A stretch of 56,452 bases of DNA, counting the filler, from Squatina squatina (lineage: Eukaryota): assembly GCA_031763465.1 (NCBI GenBank). It is 3 parts of 3 records of this genome, joined end to end, with 100 filler letters (N's around TTAATTAATTAA, not from the genome) between each part and the next. Parts side by side here need not be neighbours in the genome. Positions count along the whole stretch, not along the records: positions 1 to 15,182 come from JARFOE010596032.1; 2 more parts are not named here. One strand, given 5' to 3'. The translations under genes were made by a program, and so were the position numbers. Below are positions 1 to 10,689 of this stretch, piece after piece; the stretch's first letter is position 1, and every line of letters starts with the position of its first letter. Below the pieces are notes generated by a model. That model was not told the DNA's origin and ran no database searches. It worked only from the letters and a program-made list of their open reading frames with translations.

Positions 1-59
1 TTGAAGCAGTGCATTCCAGACTGTAATATAACTCCATTCCACACAACAAGATGCAGCAC

Positions 60-540
60 TGCCTCCTACCTTGATGGGCTGGAAGCACCCTGATCAATAT
101 CGTTCATTGTGCAAATGTCAGCACTGTCTCCCGTCACCCCGACTCTGTGCTTTACAATGTTAATTTCCTGGTATGTATTAGGATAATTGAAGTCCCTCCT
201 TATCAAGATGTCAAGGCTGTTGCATGTCCTTGCAATTTTTTTGCAAATTTGTTCCTCTCCATTTTTCTCAGTATTGGGTGACATATTTATACATCCAGCG
301 GGGTACCAACTCATCTATTGTTCCTTAATTCTAACCAAATCGATTCAATCTTTGAACCCTCAAATATATGTTCCCTTTCGTTGACTGATACTGTCACCCC
401 ATCTCTCTTCCTTTCCACCCCTAACTTTCCTGAATGCCTTAAAGCCGGGAATGTTCAGTGTCTTATTCTCCCCTTGTTTAAATGAAGTGTTCCATCCTGC
501 CATTGTATCATAATTCCACGTGACTACATATGTCCAGTCC
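60..540 (-). mobile_element. Degenerate CR1-type LINE fragment (ORF2 endonuclease region)
   Basis: Minus-strand translation has EEQICKKIARTC...IRRDFNYPN, resembling the CR1 APE motif GDFNYP; many stops and frameshifts. Confidence 0.6.
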
Positions 541-629
541 CATCAGAATTGTATGAGTTTCAATGAGGTCCCCTCCCATTCTTCTAAACTCTAACTACTT
601 TATGCCTTAACGTATCACGCTTGTCCTGT

Positions 630-1450
630 TCATAGTGAGCCGTACTCTCTCACCCGGTGCCATACTGAACCCCACAGGTAAAGCAGAAAGGTAGTTGGCT
701 CCATCCCCGACTTGTGCCAATTGATCTGCTGTCTCACCCGATGTGGTACTGAGTCCCACACACAGACCAGGATTATCTTAATCTCCCTGCCCAGCCTCTG
801 CCCAGCGATCTGCCCTCTCTTACCCAACGTGGTGCTGAGTCTCACACACTGTGCAGGGTGACTTCATGCTCCATGCCCATCCTGTGTGCAGTGAGCTGTC
901 TGCTCTCACCCCGGTTTTTACTGAGCCCTCAGAGAGAACAGAACGATCACAAGGTCCACACCTGATCTGTCCACATTGAGTTGCCTTCGCTCACACAGTG
1001 TGGTAGTGATCCACACACACAGCACAAAGTTCGCAGCGTCCATGACTGTTCTGTGCCCAGTGAGCTGCTCTCTCACCACGTGTGGTACTGAGCGACACGC
1101 ACAGAGCAGGAAAATCTAAGGCTCCATGGCCAGCCTCTGCCCAGTGAACTGCCCTCTCTCACCTGATGTGTTACTGTGACAATCATAGAGACCAGAAAAT
1201 CTAAGAGTTTATGCCCTGCCTGTTCCCAGTCTCTTGGCCGGGTGTAAAACTGATCCCACATATGGAGCAGGAAGCTTGCAGTCTCCATGCCGCTATTTGC
1301 CCAGTAAGTTGCCCTCTTTCACCGAGTGTGGTACTATGCCTCACACAGAGAGTAGGAAGACCCAGGCTCCATCACTGGCCTTTGCCCACTGAGCTGCCCT
1401 CTGTGACCCGCTGTGCTACTGAGCACCACACAAACAGGAAGATACAAGGC
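630..1450 (+). repeat. Diverged ~86-bp satellite array, block 1
   Basis: Recurring unit approx. cccagtgagctgccctctctcacccggtgtggtactgagccccacacacagagcaggaagatcccaggctccatgcccggcctgtg, spaced about 85-86 bp. Confidence 0.85.
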
Positions 1451-1451
1451 A

Positions 1452-1882
1452 GTGTCCTGGAACCATAGGGCTGGGCAGCAATCGTGTTTCTTCTCTACAT
1501 TCTAAATCCGGGTTCTCATTTGGCCTTATTCTGCTGATCAATATTTTAACCAGCAGACTCATGTTGGTAGCTAGCAGAGTATTCAGTAGACCCAACGATG
1601 GAGAGCTGAATTAAATGCATCATTTTCATTTTTCTTGTCTCTGGGAATGTCATGCTGACATGGACTGTGTTTCTCGTGTTCCTTATAAGTGAAGGAATGA
1701 GGCTTTTGTGCTATTATTCTGTATCTCAATAATATGTTGTGCAAGAAATGGACTTCATGCTCCAGCTCCTGAGTTGCTGCAGAAACACTTGCAAATATGC
1801 GCTTACCCAGTCGAAGTTCAGAGAGCAGCTGCACAATATGGAGTAACATCACATTACTGTTATTGTAAAATTCATTAAATGA
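1452..1882 (+). pseudogene. GPR139-like rhodopsin-family GPCR pseudogene, TM5 to C-terminus only (copy A)
   Basis: Broken frames read LILLINILTSRLMLVASRV (TM5), DPTMES*IKCII, SGNVMLTWTVFLV (TM6) and MDFMLQLLSCCRNTCKYALTQSKFREQLHNME*HHITVIVKFIK* (TM7/helix 8, 1748-1882). These parallel ILVASRA, DPEMENRRKSII and MLKFLSCFQNPCIYAATQRKFREEL in the gene at 51668-52533. Confidence 0.8.
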
Positions 1883-2374
1883 TGAGGACAACTGAAAACT
1901 CAGAACTCAATTCCACCTCATAAGCTCACTGCCCTGCTCTATGACGCCGACCCAGTGATGTAGTGTAATATTAACGTTCTCATTGACACACTGTTTACAT
2001 CATAAACGGACACCTGAGTCTTGCTGTCTCCATTAAAACACTCTCACTGAGCTCAGGAATATTAGCACTCTAACCACAGCTTAAGATTAACTGACTCATT
2101 GAGACACTCTACCCGGATGACTCGACAACCAAAGGCTTACAGCAACCAATAAAATTTTCCCACATACACATAGATGATCGAAACACCGTTTGAATATTAA
2201 CCCACACACGTGTAATATTAACTGAATCGTAGAACACTCAGAACATAATAGAATAACATCAGATACATTGTGTTTGAAATACAATTCTCCCACAATCAAC
2301 AATACTTATTAACACACATATAGAGAAAAAATTTTCATAGTATCAAACTGTAATTTGTTCCTTTGGGCAAATCA

Positions 2375-2715
2375 TACTCTCTCCTTCTCTCCCTCAGAGA
2401 CACCCTCATTCTCTCACCAGGCCTGCCTCACCTCCCACTCTCATCTCTCGAACTCACGCTCTCTTTTGCACTCAGTCTCTCAAATAATCTTTATTAATAC
2501 TGGCCAGCCTCAGCTCTCTCGCACACTTTTCTTCACTCATGCTTTCACTCACTATCTCGCTCCTGCCCTGCCTCACCACAGTCTCTCTCTCGCTCTCTTT
2601 CACTCTCTCGCCTGGTCTGCCTCACCTCCCCAACTCTCATACTAACTCTCATGGCTGGCCTGGCTCACCTCTTTCTCTCCATCTCACATATGCTCAGTCT
2701 CACGTCTGGCCTGCA
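2375..2715. repeat. CT-rich low-complexity tract (second copy at about 14250-14625)
   Basis: Pyrimidine-rich ctct/ctca/cgcctg runs. Confidence 0.7.
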
Positions 2716-3525
2716 TGGAATAATGAAATGGCAGCGAAAGTAAACAATTACTTTGTTTCTGTCTTCACGTAAGAAGTCAAATAAACGCCCAGACATACTG
2801 AAGAAACAAGCACCTGGTGCGTAGGAGGAATGGAATGAAATTAGTGCCACAGAAATTAATGGGACTGAAAGCGCAAAAATCCCAAGGACCTCATAATCTG
2901 CATCCAGGGCATTTGAAAGAGGTAGCTATCCAAATAGTAGATGCATTGCTTACCAACTTCCAGATCACTATAGATTTTAGAACGGTTCCTTCAGATTGGA
3001 GGGTAGCAAATGTAACCCCACTATTTAAGACAGGAGGGAGAAAGCAAACAAGGAAGGGCAAACATATTCGCCTAACATCAGTAGTCGGGAAAATGCTGGA
3101 ATCTATCATAAGGGATGTGATAGAATATATATTGGATGTGGTGTATTTGGATTTTTAGAATGCTTTTGATAAGGTGCGTCACAGGAGTTTGGTGAACAAC
3201 TTTAGAACACATGGAATTCATAGTAATATACTGGCATCAAATGAAAACTGGTTCATAGAGAGTAGGAGTAGACGGATCATTTTCAGGTTGGCAGGCTGTA
3301 AATGTGGGTTGCCACAGCGTTCGGTGTTTGTGTGACAGCTATTCACAATCTAATTCAAAGATTTGGATGAGGGGACCAAATGTAATATTTCCAAGTTTGC
3401 TGATGACACAAAACTTGGTCAGACGTGAGGAAAATGCAAAGAGGTTTCATGAGGCAATATAAAGGCGATGCGACTATGCAATTATATGGCAGATGGAATA
3501 TAATGTGGGAAGATGTGAAGTTAGA
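2715..3525 (+). mobile_element. CR1 LINE ORF2 (RT) fragment, degenerate
   Basis: VPSDWRVANVTPLFK, LTSVVGKMLESII, DVVYLDF*NAFDKV and KFADDTKL are CR1 RT motifs. Confidence 0.9.
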
Positions 3526-3529
3526 AACA

Positions 3530-5390
3530 TCGTTCACAGATCCACCTTCCCTCTGAGTGAAGAAATTTCTCCTCATCTCGGTCCTAAATCGCCTATCCCG
3601 TACTCTCAGACTGTGACCCCAGGTTCCAGACATCACAGCTAAGGGAAATATCCTCCATGCATCTAGTCTGTCGAGCCCTGTCAGAATTCTATGAATTTTA
3701 ATGAGATTTCCCTCTCATTCTTCTAAACCCTAGTGAATATAGGCCTAGCTGAGCCAATCTCCCCTCATACGACAGTGTTGCCATCCCTGGAATCATCCCG
3801 GTTAAACATCACTGCACTCCCTCAAAGACAAGTACATTCTTTCTTCGGTAATGGAGAGCAAAACCGTACACAATACTCCAGCTGTGGTCTCTCCAAGTCC
3901 CTGTACAACTGCAGTCAGACATTCTTGCTCCTGTACTCAAATCCTCTTGCAATGAAGGACAACTTACCATTTGCCTTTCTAACAGCTTGCTGCACCTGCA
4001 TGTTTGCTTTCAGTGACTGCTCTACAAGGACACCCAGGTCCCTTTTGCACATCAACATTTCCCAATCTATCACCATTTAAAAATACCCTGACTTTCTGTT
4101 TCTCATACCGAACTTCACATTTATCCACGTTTTACTGCATCTGCCATGCTTTTGCCCACTCACTCAACATGTCTAAATCGCCTTGAAGCCTCTTTCCATC
4201 CTCATCTCCACTCACAATCCCACCTGGTTTTGTGTTGTCAGCAAACTTGGAAATATTACATTTGGTTCCACCATCCAAATCATTGGAATAGATTGTGAAT
4301 AGCTGGGGCCCAAGCATTTATCCCTGCTGTACCCTGCAAGTTACTGCCTGCCACCCCGAAAAAGCCCCATTGATTCCTACTCGCTGTTTCCTGTCTGTTT
4401 ACCAATTCTCATTCCACGCCAGCATATTACCCCCAATCCCATGTGTTCTAATGTTGCACAGAGAGCTCTTGTGTTGGACCTTATCGAAAGCCTTCGGAAA
4501 ATCCAAATACACCACATCGACTCATTCTCCCTTGTCTATTCTGCTAGGTACATCCTCAAAAAACTCGATCGGTTTGTGAAACATGATTTCCCTTTCATAA
4601 ATCTAAGTTGACTTTGTATAATCACAGCTATATTTTCCAAGTGCCCTGTAATCACATCCTTTATAATAGATTCCATCATTTTCCCCATGACTGTTGTCAC
4701 GCTAACCGGTCTCTAACCCTCTGTTTTCTTTCTCCCTTCTGTTTTAAACAGTGTTATTACATTTGCTCCCCTCCAATCGGGAGGATCTGTTCCAGGGTCT
4801 ACAGAAACATGTAATATGATAAGCAATACATCAACTATTTCCATGGCCCCCTCTTTTAGTACCCTGGGATGTGGAATATCAGGGACTTGTAAATTTTCTG
4901 CTTTCCTTCCCTTTAAGTTAACCAGAACTATTTTTTTAACTAACACTGATTTCCTTCAGTACCGTCTTCTGACTAGATCCCCGGTTTCCAAGCATTTCTG
5001 CAAGGTTATTACTGTCCTCTTCTGTGAAGACAGTACCATAATATTGAATTATTTGTCTGCAATTTCCTTGTTCCCCATTATAATTTCGCCCATTTCTGAC
5101 TAAAAGTGACCGACATTGATCCTCAAATATATTTTTCTTTTTACATACTTATAGAGGCTTTTACTGTCCGTTTTTATGTTTCTTGCAAATTTACTCTCAT
5201 GCTCTATTTCCCCTTCTCAATCAGTTTCTTAATCCTCATTTGCTGAATTCTAAACTGCTGCCAATCCTCAGGGTTGCTGCTTTTTCTGGCAAATGTTATG
5301 ATTCCACTTTAGACCTTCCACTATTATCCCTTTTTTTCCTTTTTCAGCCATGACTTGGCCACTTTTCCTGTGGTGTTTTTGCACCAGAAA
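3530..5390 (-). mobile_element. CR1 LINE ORF2 fragment toward the 3' end, degenerate
   Basis: MLGPQLFTIYSNDLDGGTKCNISKFADNTK, HPRVLKE...DWRGANVITLFK and FRTEMRRNFFTQR. Confidence 0.9.
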
Positions 5391-6505
5391 CAGAACACAT
5401 AGGTCCCAGCTCTATGCCTGTTCTGGGCACAGTCAGCTGCCCTCACTCACCCGGTGTGTTATAGAGCACCACATATAAAACAGAAAGATACTAGGCTCAC
5501 AATGCCTGGCACTTGGCCACTGAGTTACCCTCTGCCCGTCGTGTTACTGACCCCCAAACATTGGCAAGGAAAATCCCAGGCCTCACATTCCGCCTGTGAC
5601 CAGTGACCTAACTATTCTTGCCCGATGTGGAACTGAGCACTATGAAGAGAGCAGGAAGATCCCGGTTCCACGCCTGGCCGGTGGCCAGTGAACTGCCCTC
5701 TCTCCCCAGATGTGGAGCTGAGCCCCACACACAGAGCAGGAACATCCCAGACTCCATGCCCGACATGTGCCAAGTGAGCTGCAATTCCCCGGTGTGGTAC
5801 TGAGGCTCACACACAGACAGCATGAAGATCCCATGTTCTACGTGCAGCCAGTGCCGATTATGATGCACTCACTCACCCGATTTGGTACTGACTCCCACAC
5901 ACGTGGAGCACTAAGTTCCCAGGGTCCATGCCCATCATTTGCCCAGTGAACTGCCCTCACTTACCTGGTGTACCACTGAGACCTGCAGACAGAGCAGGAA
6001 GATCCGAGCCTGCACGCCCGGACTGTGCCCAGTGGGCTGTTCTCTCTCATGTGGGTTGATAGTGAGCCCCACAGAAAGAGCAGGATGATTGGAGACTCCA
6101 ATCCCGGCATATGACCCGTGATCTATCCTATCTCACACTGTGCGATCTGAGAGCCACACATTTGCCTGCAAGATACCAGCTCCATTCCACGGCCTGTGCC
6201 CAGTGAGCTGCTCTCTATCACCCGGTTGTGGAACTGTGCCACAAACACACTGCAGAAAGATCTCAGGCTCCATGCCTGGATTATGCCACGTGAGCAGCAC
6301 TCTTTTACCTGAAGTGGGACTGAGCCCAACACACAGTGCAGTAAGATCCCAGACACCATGCCCGGCATTTCTCCAGTGATCTGCCCTCACCAGGTTTGGT
6401 CTTGTACCCCAGACACCAGGCAGGAGGGTCCGTGGCCCTGCGCACTGCTGGTGCTCAGAGAGCTGCCATCTCTCATCGGTTGTGGTACTGAGGCGACACA
6501 CCGAG
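5390..6505 (+). repeat. Diverged ~86-bp satellite array, block 2
   Basis: Same monomer as block 1; ccagtga-type cores near 5600, 5685, 5771, 5943 and 6029. Confidence 0.85.
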
Positions 6506-6806
6506 AAGGAATTGGACTTCAAGAGAAAGGGTAGTGTGTCAGAGAGTTTAGTGAAGGTTTGGGTGATGGACCTGCCATGGTTCAATGACGGTCAGTATGT
6601 CTGTGATGTGGGTGTGAGGCTCACAGCCTTGCTAATGATGTGAGAGCAAGGTGAAGCTATGATTTTGAAGTTTGTGCGGTGAAAGTTAGAGATGTTGGTG
6701 GTGAGTGATGGGGCTCTGGTGCATTGATCATTCTGTGAGGTTTGTTGTGCCGAAGCGGATAAATGGCAGATGGAGGGATGTGGCATTAGCTGAAGCCATC
6801 GCTCAC

Positions 6807-7060
6807 CTTCACCTGCAGTGTCACGTCATTAACCTTCTTGCAGCAGTGGATCCACGTCCGAGGTATAACCCCGTTGTCCAAGACAAAATATGTGTGGCCA
6901 TGACATACACAGCTATCTCCTGCCATAACTGTCTGGATGTGTGAGCTGATGGTTTCCTGCCACCCTGCGGGAACAGGACAGCCGACATCCTCTACACTGC
7001 CTCATCCTATATCTCCAGAGATGCTTCGGAGAAACCGCCGGCTCGTTCTCTTTGCTGCTG
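6807..7060 (-). mobile_element. Degenerate Myb/SANT-like exon of a PIF/Harbinger DNA transposon (remnant probably spans ~6510-7390)
   Basis: Minus strand reads QRERAGGFSEASLEI*DEAV*RMSAVLFPQGGRKPSAHTSRQLWQEIAVYV...PRTWIHCCKKVNDVTLQVK followed by a gtgag donor. This fits the Harbinger Myb pattern RAPRFS...W.EIA...RTW.QCRKKFND. Confidence 0.7.
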
Positions 7061-7399
7061 CTGAGTCTTTTGTTCCAACTGCAATTCGAGCTCCTACTCA
7101 AATGGCAATGAAGTGCTGTGGTAGCAAATCACCTCAACTGTGAGCAGTGGAGAAACACTAAGCCAGGCATTACTGCCCATTATCCTGCACCCGATGTTGG
7201 CCCATCTGTTGAAAGCTAAGCCAATCAACAGCGGGTTTGTCACTGAGATCAGCACTAGAATCAGCAGGTTGCATGAATTTTGCGTGCTGCCTGGACCACT
7301 TTGAACAGCGTAGCCAAATGGCACTGTGCCATAACACCACCTGGTCTTTGGCCGAATCGAGTTTCTAGGTCTAGTTTTCATGGGTTAAATGTCCTGTAA

Positions 7400-7530
7400 A
7401 GGACATAAGAATTAGGAAGACGAGGAGGACATATCGCCCTTTGCGCCTGCTCCAACACTCATAAAGATCAAGGTTCATCTTGACCTCAACTCCACTTTCT
7501 TGCCTGATCCCGATAATGCTTGTGTACCTG
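7400..7530 (-). mobile_element. Old CR1/HE1-type retroposon 3' tail
   Basis: acataagaattagga...gcctgctcc...gacctcaactccacttt is a diverged version of the tail seen at 15055-15182. Confidence 0.6.
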
Positions 7531-7799
7531 TCGCATCATGCCAGCTGAGCTCATGTGTTAAGACCTGGGATTGGGCACAAACGCATAACCTCATCTTCCG
7601 AAAGATAGAGAACTGCCAACTGGGTCCAGCTGCCAAAGACTCCACATTACACAGAAAGGAAACGCCTTTTCATGGGATATTGTCAGAGAGCAGATCCACT
7701 CCCCGTCTGCATGATTATCAATGCAGCAGCCTCTCAGTGAGTATTCAGAACATTGCCACTCCAGCCGCCTGAATCTGAGTCTGAGAATCTCAACAAAAG

Positions 7800-7863
7800 A
7801 TGATGAAAACTCTGTTCTTCATTCTTGGATTGTTGGTGCTGCCTCAGCACAGCCATTCTCGAG
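7800..7863 (+). CDS. Candidate beta-defensin-like gene, exon 1 (signal peptide)
   Basis: ATG at 7800 gives MMKTLFFILGLLVLPQHSHSR-G (basic residue followed by a hydrophobic core). Two phase-1 donors: GAG|gttttg after 7863 and CAAG|gtagga after 7887. Confidence 0.6.
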
Positions 7864-8881
7864 GTTTTGTTGTGTATTATTTCCAAGGTAGGATTGTCTG
7901 ATTTCTCATGTTCAGATCATTTAATTTCTAAAAACCTGTTTATTCTCTGCTTGATTGTCAGGTTGAGTGAAGGTGAAGGTGTGATTGTAAGAAAGTATGA
8001 AGAATTTACACTGATCCAGTTCCACAGTAAATCCAATAATTGTTCAGCGGGTACCCGAGCGGGTAGAGGGAACGGACACTGTTGTTTGCTGAGCCAAACA
8101 GACCAGTAATAAAAAGACAAAATACTGGCCGGTGCTGAGTGGGCGGATCTCAGCCGAAGCATTGATCTGGTTGGCAGACTCTGTAATTGGCCTCAGTACC
8201 TATGTATTATGGAGCGGATAGTAAGTCTTGTTGCTCCCTATCACTGCTACCTGCTGCAAAGTGGGAATGTGTGGACTCTCTGTGAGGAAAGAATCAGGAG
8301 CTCCTTCAGTCCATCTGTCCAGTCTCACAGATGACGAATGTTGAATTGGGAGCGATGCTGCAGCTGTGCTTGGAACTAGTCCCCAGGCATAAGTTAGCTT
8401 TTCATATATTGAGTGCAGGGAATTGGCTTAATGGGTTCAAATATGGTTAGTTAATTTAAATAGTCCTGTAGACATCATAGAGATCAGGATGTGAGAATTT
8501 GCACTCAGTGTAGGAGGGAAGCGGTGAAATGATTCAGTCAATGTGGCTCAGTTGGGAGTTGACTGAACAATTTCTGCAGGGGACGTGGACCGACATCACG
8601 CTCTCATGTCACGTGACCAAAAGATAACTATCCTGCGAAATCACATTTGCTGTTTGTGAGTCTTTTCTCTGAGCAAATTGGCGGCCCCGTTTCCGACAAA
8701 ACAGTATCGGCACGTGAGAAGCAATCCGCTGCCTGGGTAACGCTTTGGGGCATCTGGCACCGGGAATGGTTCCACATCAATATCTCCTCTGTGTCTCTGG
8801 CCTGAGATAGCAGTTGTGGGGAGCTCCATTCTGAGAGAAACATCTTGGCTACCCTTCAGGGCAAAGAGTCTATCTGTACAG

Positions 8882-8925
8882 GTCGGGGGAGGGGAGCGGT
8901 GGGGGCTTCCATTAACTACAAAGAG
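8882..8925 (+). CDS. Candidate beta-defensin-like gene, exon 2 (pro-segment)
   Basis: tctgtacag|GT...GAG|gtaagt; 44 nt, phase 1 to phase 0; encodes (G)RGRGAVGASINYKE and links exons 1 and 3 in frame. Confidence 0.45.
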
Positions 8926-9017
8926 GTAAGTTTCGTGTGTTGTCCAGATTCAGTCCGACTTACAGTGCAACAGTCAGCTTCATTTTTTCTCCCTGTTCTC
9001 CCTTCCACTCTGTAAAG

Positions 9018-9209
9018 AATCATCAACCAATTCATTCTTCATTCTGGATTAAAAGGAAATGCGAGTTGTATCGAGGGATGTGTCGCAATATCTGTAGAGC
9101 AAACGAGGAGTCTCCTAATTACCTAATCTGTGAAGGTGAATTCCAATGTTGGAAACAAAAGATCCAGAGATGGATTCCCACCAGCCCGAGCTCTCCACGT
9201 TCTCATTGA
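9018..9209 (+). CDS. Candidate beta-defensin-like gene, exon 3 (mature peptide, 5 Cys)
   Basis: Long polypyrimidine tract plus aag acceptor; encodes NHQPIHSSFWIKRK-CELYRGMCRNICRANEESPNYLICEGEFQCW-KQKIQRWIPTSPSSPRSH*. Spacing is C-x6-C-x3-C-x11-C-x5-C-W, with a GxC motif at the second Cys. Confidence 0.6.
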   Translation, partial: NHQPIHSSFWIKRKCELYRGMCRNICRANEESPNYLICEGEFQCWKQKIQRWIPTSPSSPRSH

Positions 9210-9624
9210 ATGAAACACCTGTTCACGGGAAGCAGCCTCTTTTTCATTCGGTAAATCCCGTAACCCCCGACCCTGTATTAATAATGTTAGAATAATTGTC
9301 TGTACACAAAAGGAAAACTTCCTGCATTGATCACCGCTTCATTTCCATGTCTGTTTTTCCCTGTTGTAGCACTGTGCCTGCGGGCAAGGTGATCGGGGGT
9401 GGAATGAGGCTGGGAGATGGTGTGGGAATCGCAGGAAATGGAAAGAGGCACCACTGCCGGGAATCTCTGCAATTGCAGAATGTTACATTTAGAAATGTAC
9501 TGAGATAAGCCCAGTGTCCCAGTGTGTCAGCAATCTCACCGTTCGGGGTTCAGGGTATCTCAGTTGAAAGGGTTTGTTTTGGCAGGCAGGAAGCAGACAT
9601 ATTTTGCATCAGACCCACAGTCTG

Positions 9625-10040
9625 TTTGGTGGGACAGCGCAGAGAATGGTTCAAACTGTATCTCAGCCATACTATCTCTGCCTCTCAGACTCGTTGGTGT
9701 GACAGTACAGAGGGAGCTTTACACTGTATCTAAACCGTGCTGTACCTGTCCTGGGAGTGTTTCTTGGAACAGTGTAGAGGGAGCTTTTCACTATATAAAA
9801 CCTGTGAGTTTTTGGTGGGATACTGAAGAGGGAGCTTTACACTATCCAGCCCATGCTCTATGTACCCGTGTGAATCTGTGTTAAGACACTGCAGAGGGAG
9901 CTGTACACTGTTTCTAACGCATAATTTATCCACCCTTGGGAGTGTTTGGTGGGTCAGTGCAGATTGAGCTTTGCACAAACGTACCCGTACTGTATCTACC
10001 CTTTGGAGTGTATGTTGGGACTGTGCAGAGCAGAGAGGGC
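9625..10040 (+). repeat. Degenerate ~60-65-bp tandem repeat (gggacagtgtagagggagctttacactgtatcta type)
   Basis: agagggagctt(t)acact recurs near 9709, 9776, 9828 and 9893. Confidence 0.7.
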
Positions 10041-10164
10041 TAGTTTTTGGGGTAGAGGGCCAGGTAACATGTTTTGGTGAACTGTTGAGGGCCGCACCAC
10101 AATGTACCTGCTGAAGTCTGTGAGCAGTCAGGGGGAAACACGTCCTCAAGTGCAGGCAGCACAA

Positions 10165-10640
10165 AATGACCCAATATCCGAGGGAATCTAAACCCCTCTC
10201 TCCTGCACCATCTCCAGCCACTCACGAGCACGAGGCACTGGAAGTAATCCTGAGACTACATCCTTTGAGATCCTGCTTTTTAATTTATCTCCTAACTCCT
10301 TAAATTCCGCTTGGAGGAACTCAACCTTTTTTTATTTTTGTTACCCGTATATACCACGACCAGTGGCTGTTCACCCTCCCCCTCCAGAATGCCCTGCAGC
10401 CACTCGCAGCCATCTTTCACCCTTCTCCTATTCATCTGTCCCACTTGTATCTGCTCCATAATGCTTCATCCTGGTGACCCTCCCCCTGCAAGCTTAGTTG
10501 AAACCATCTCCCACAACGCTCGCTGAAGTGCCAGCGAGGAGCCTAGTCCCAGCACTTTTGAGATGCAACCTGTCCGTCTTTTATCGATCTCTCCTGATAC
10601 AGGAAACTGAAAAGTGACCAGTTCCCTGGACTTAACAGAT
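10165..10640 (-). mobile_element. CR1 ORF1 (SGNH esterase) fragment
   Basis: Minus strand has VVSGLLP and WCRREGFRF, like the ORF1 remnant at 41500-41950. Confidence 0.6.
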
Positions 10641-10689
10641 TGCATCCCAACTTTTCCAAGGGATTAACTGAGAAACATTACAGGGAACA

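Noticed and set aside
630-1450. Hammerhead ribozyme or RSS array in the 86-bp satellite
   Set aside because: No conserved CTGANGA...GAAA core; the occasional CACAGTG lacks a spaced nonamer.
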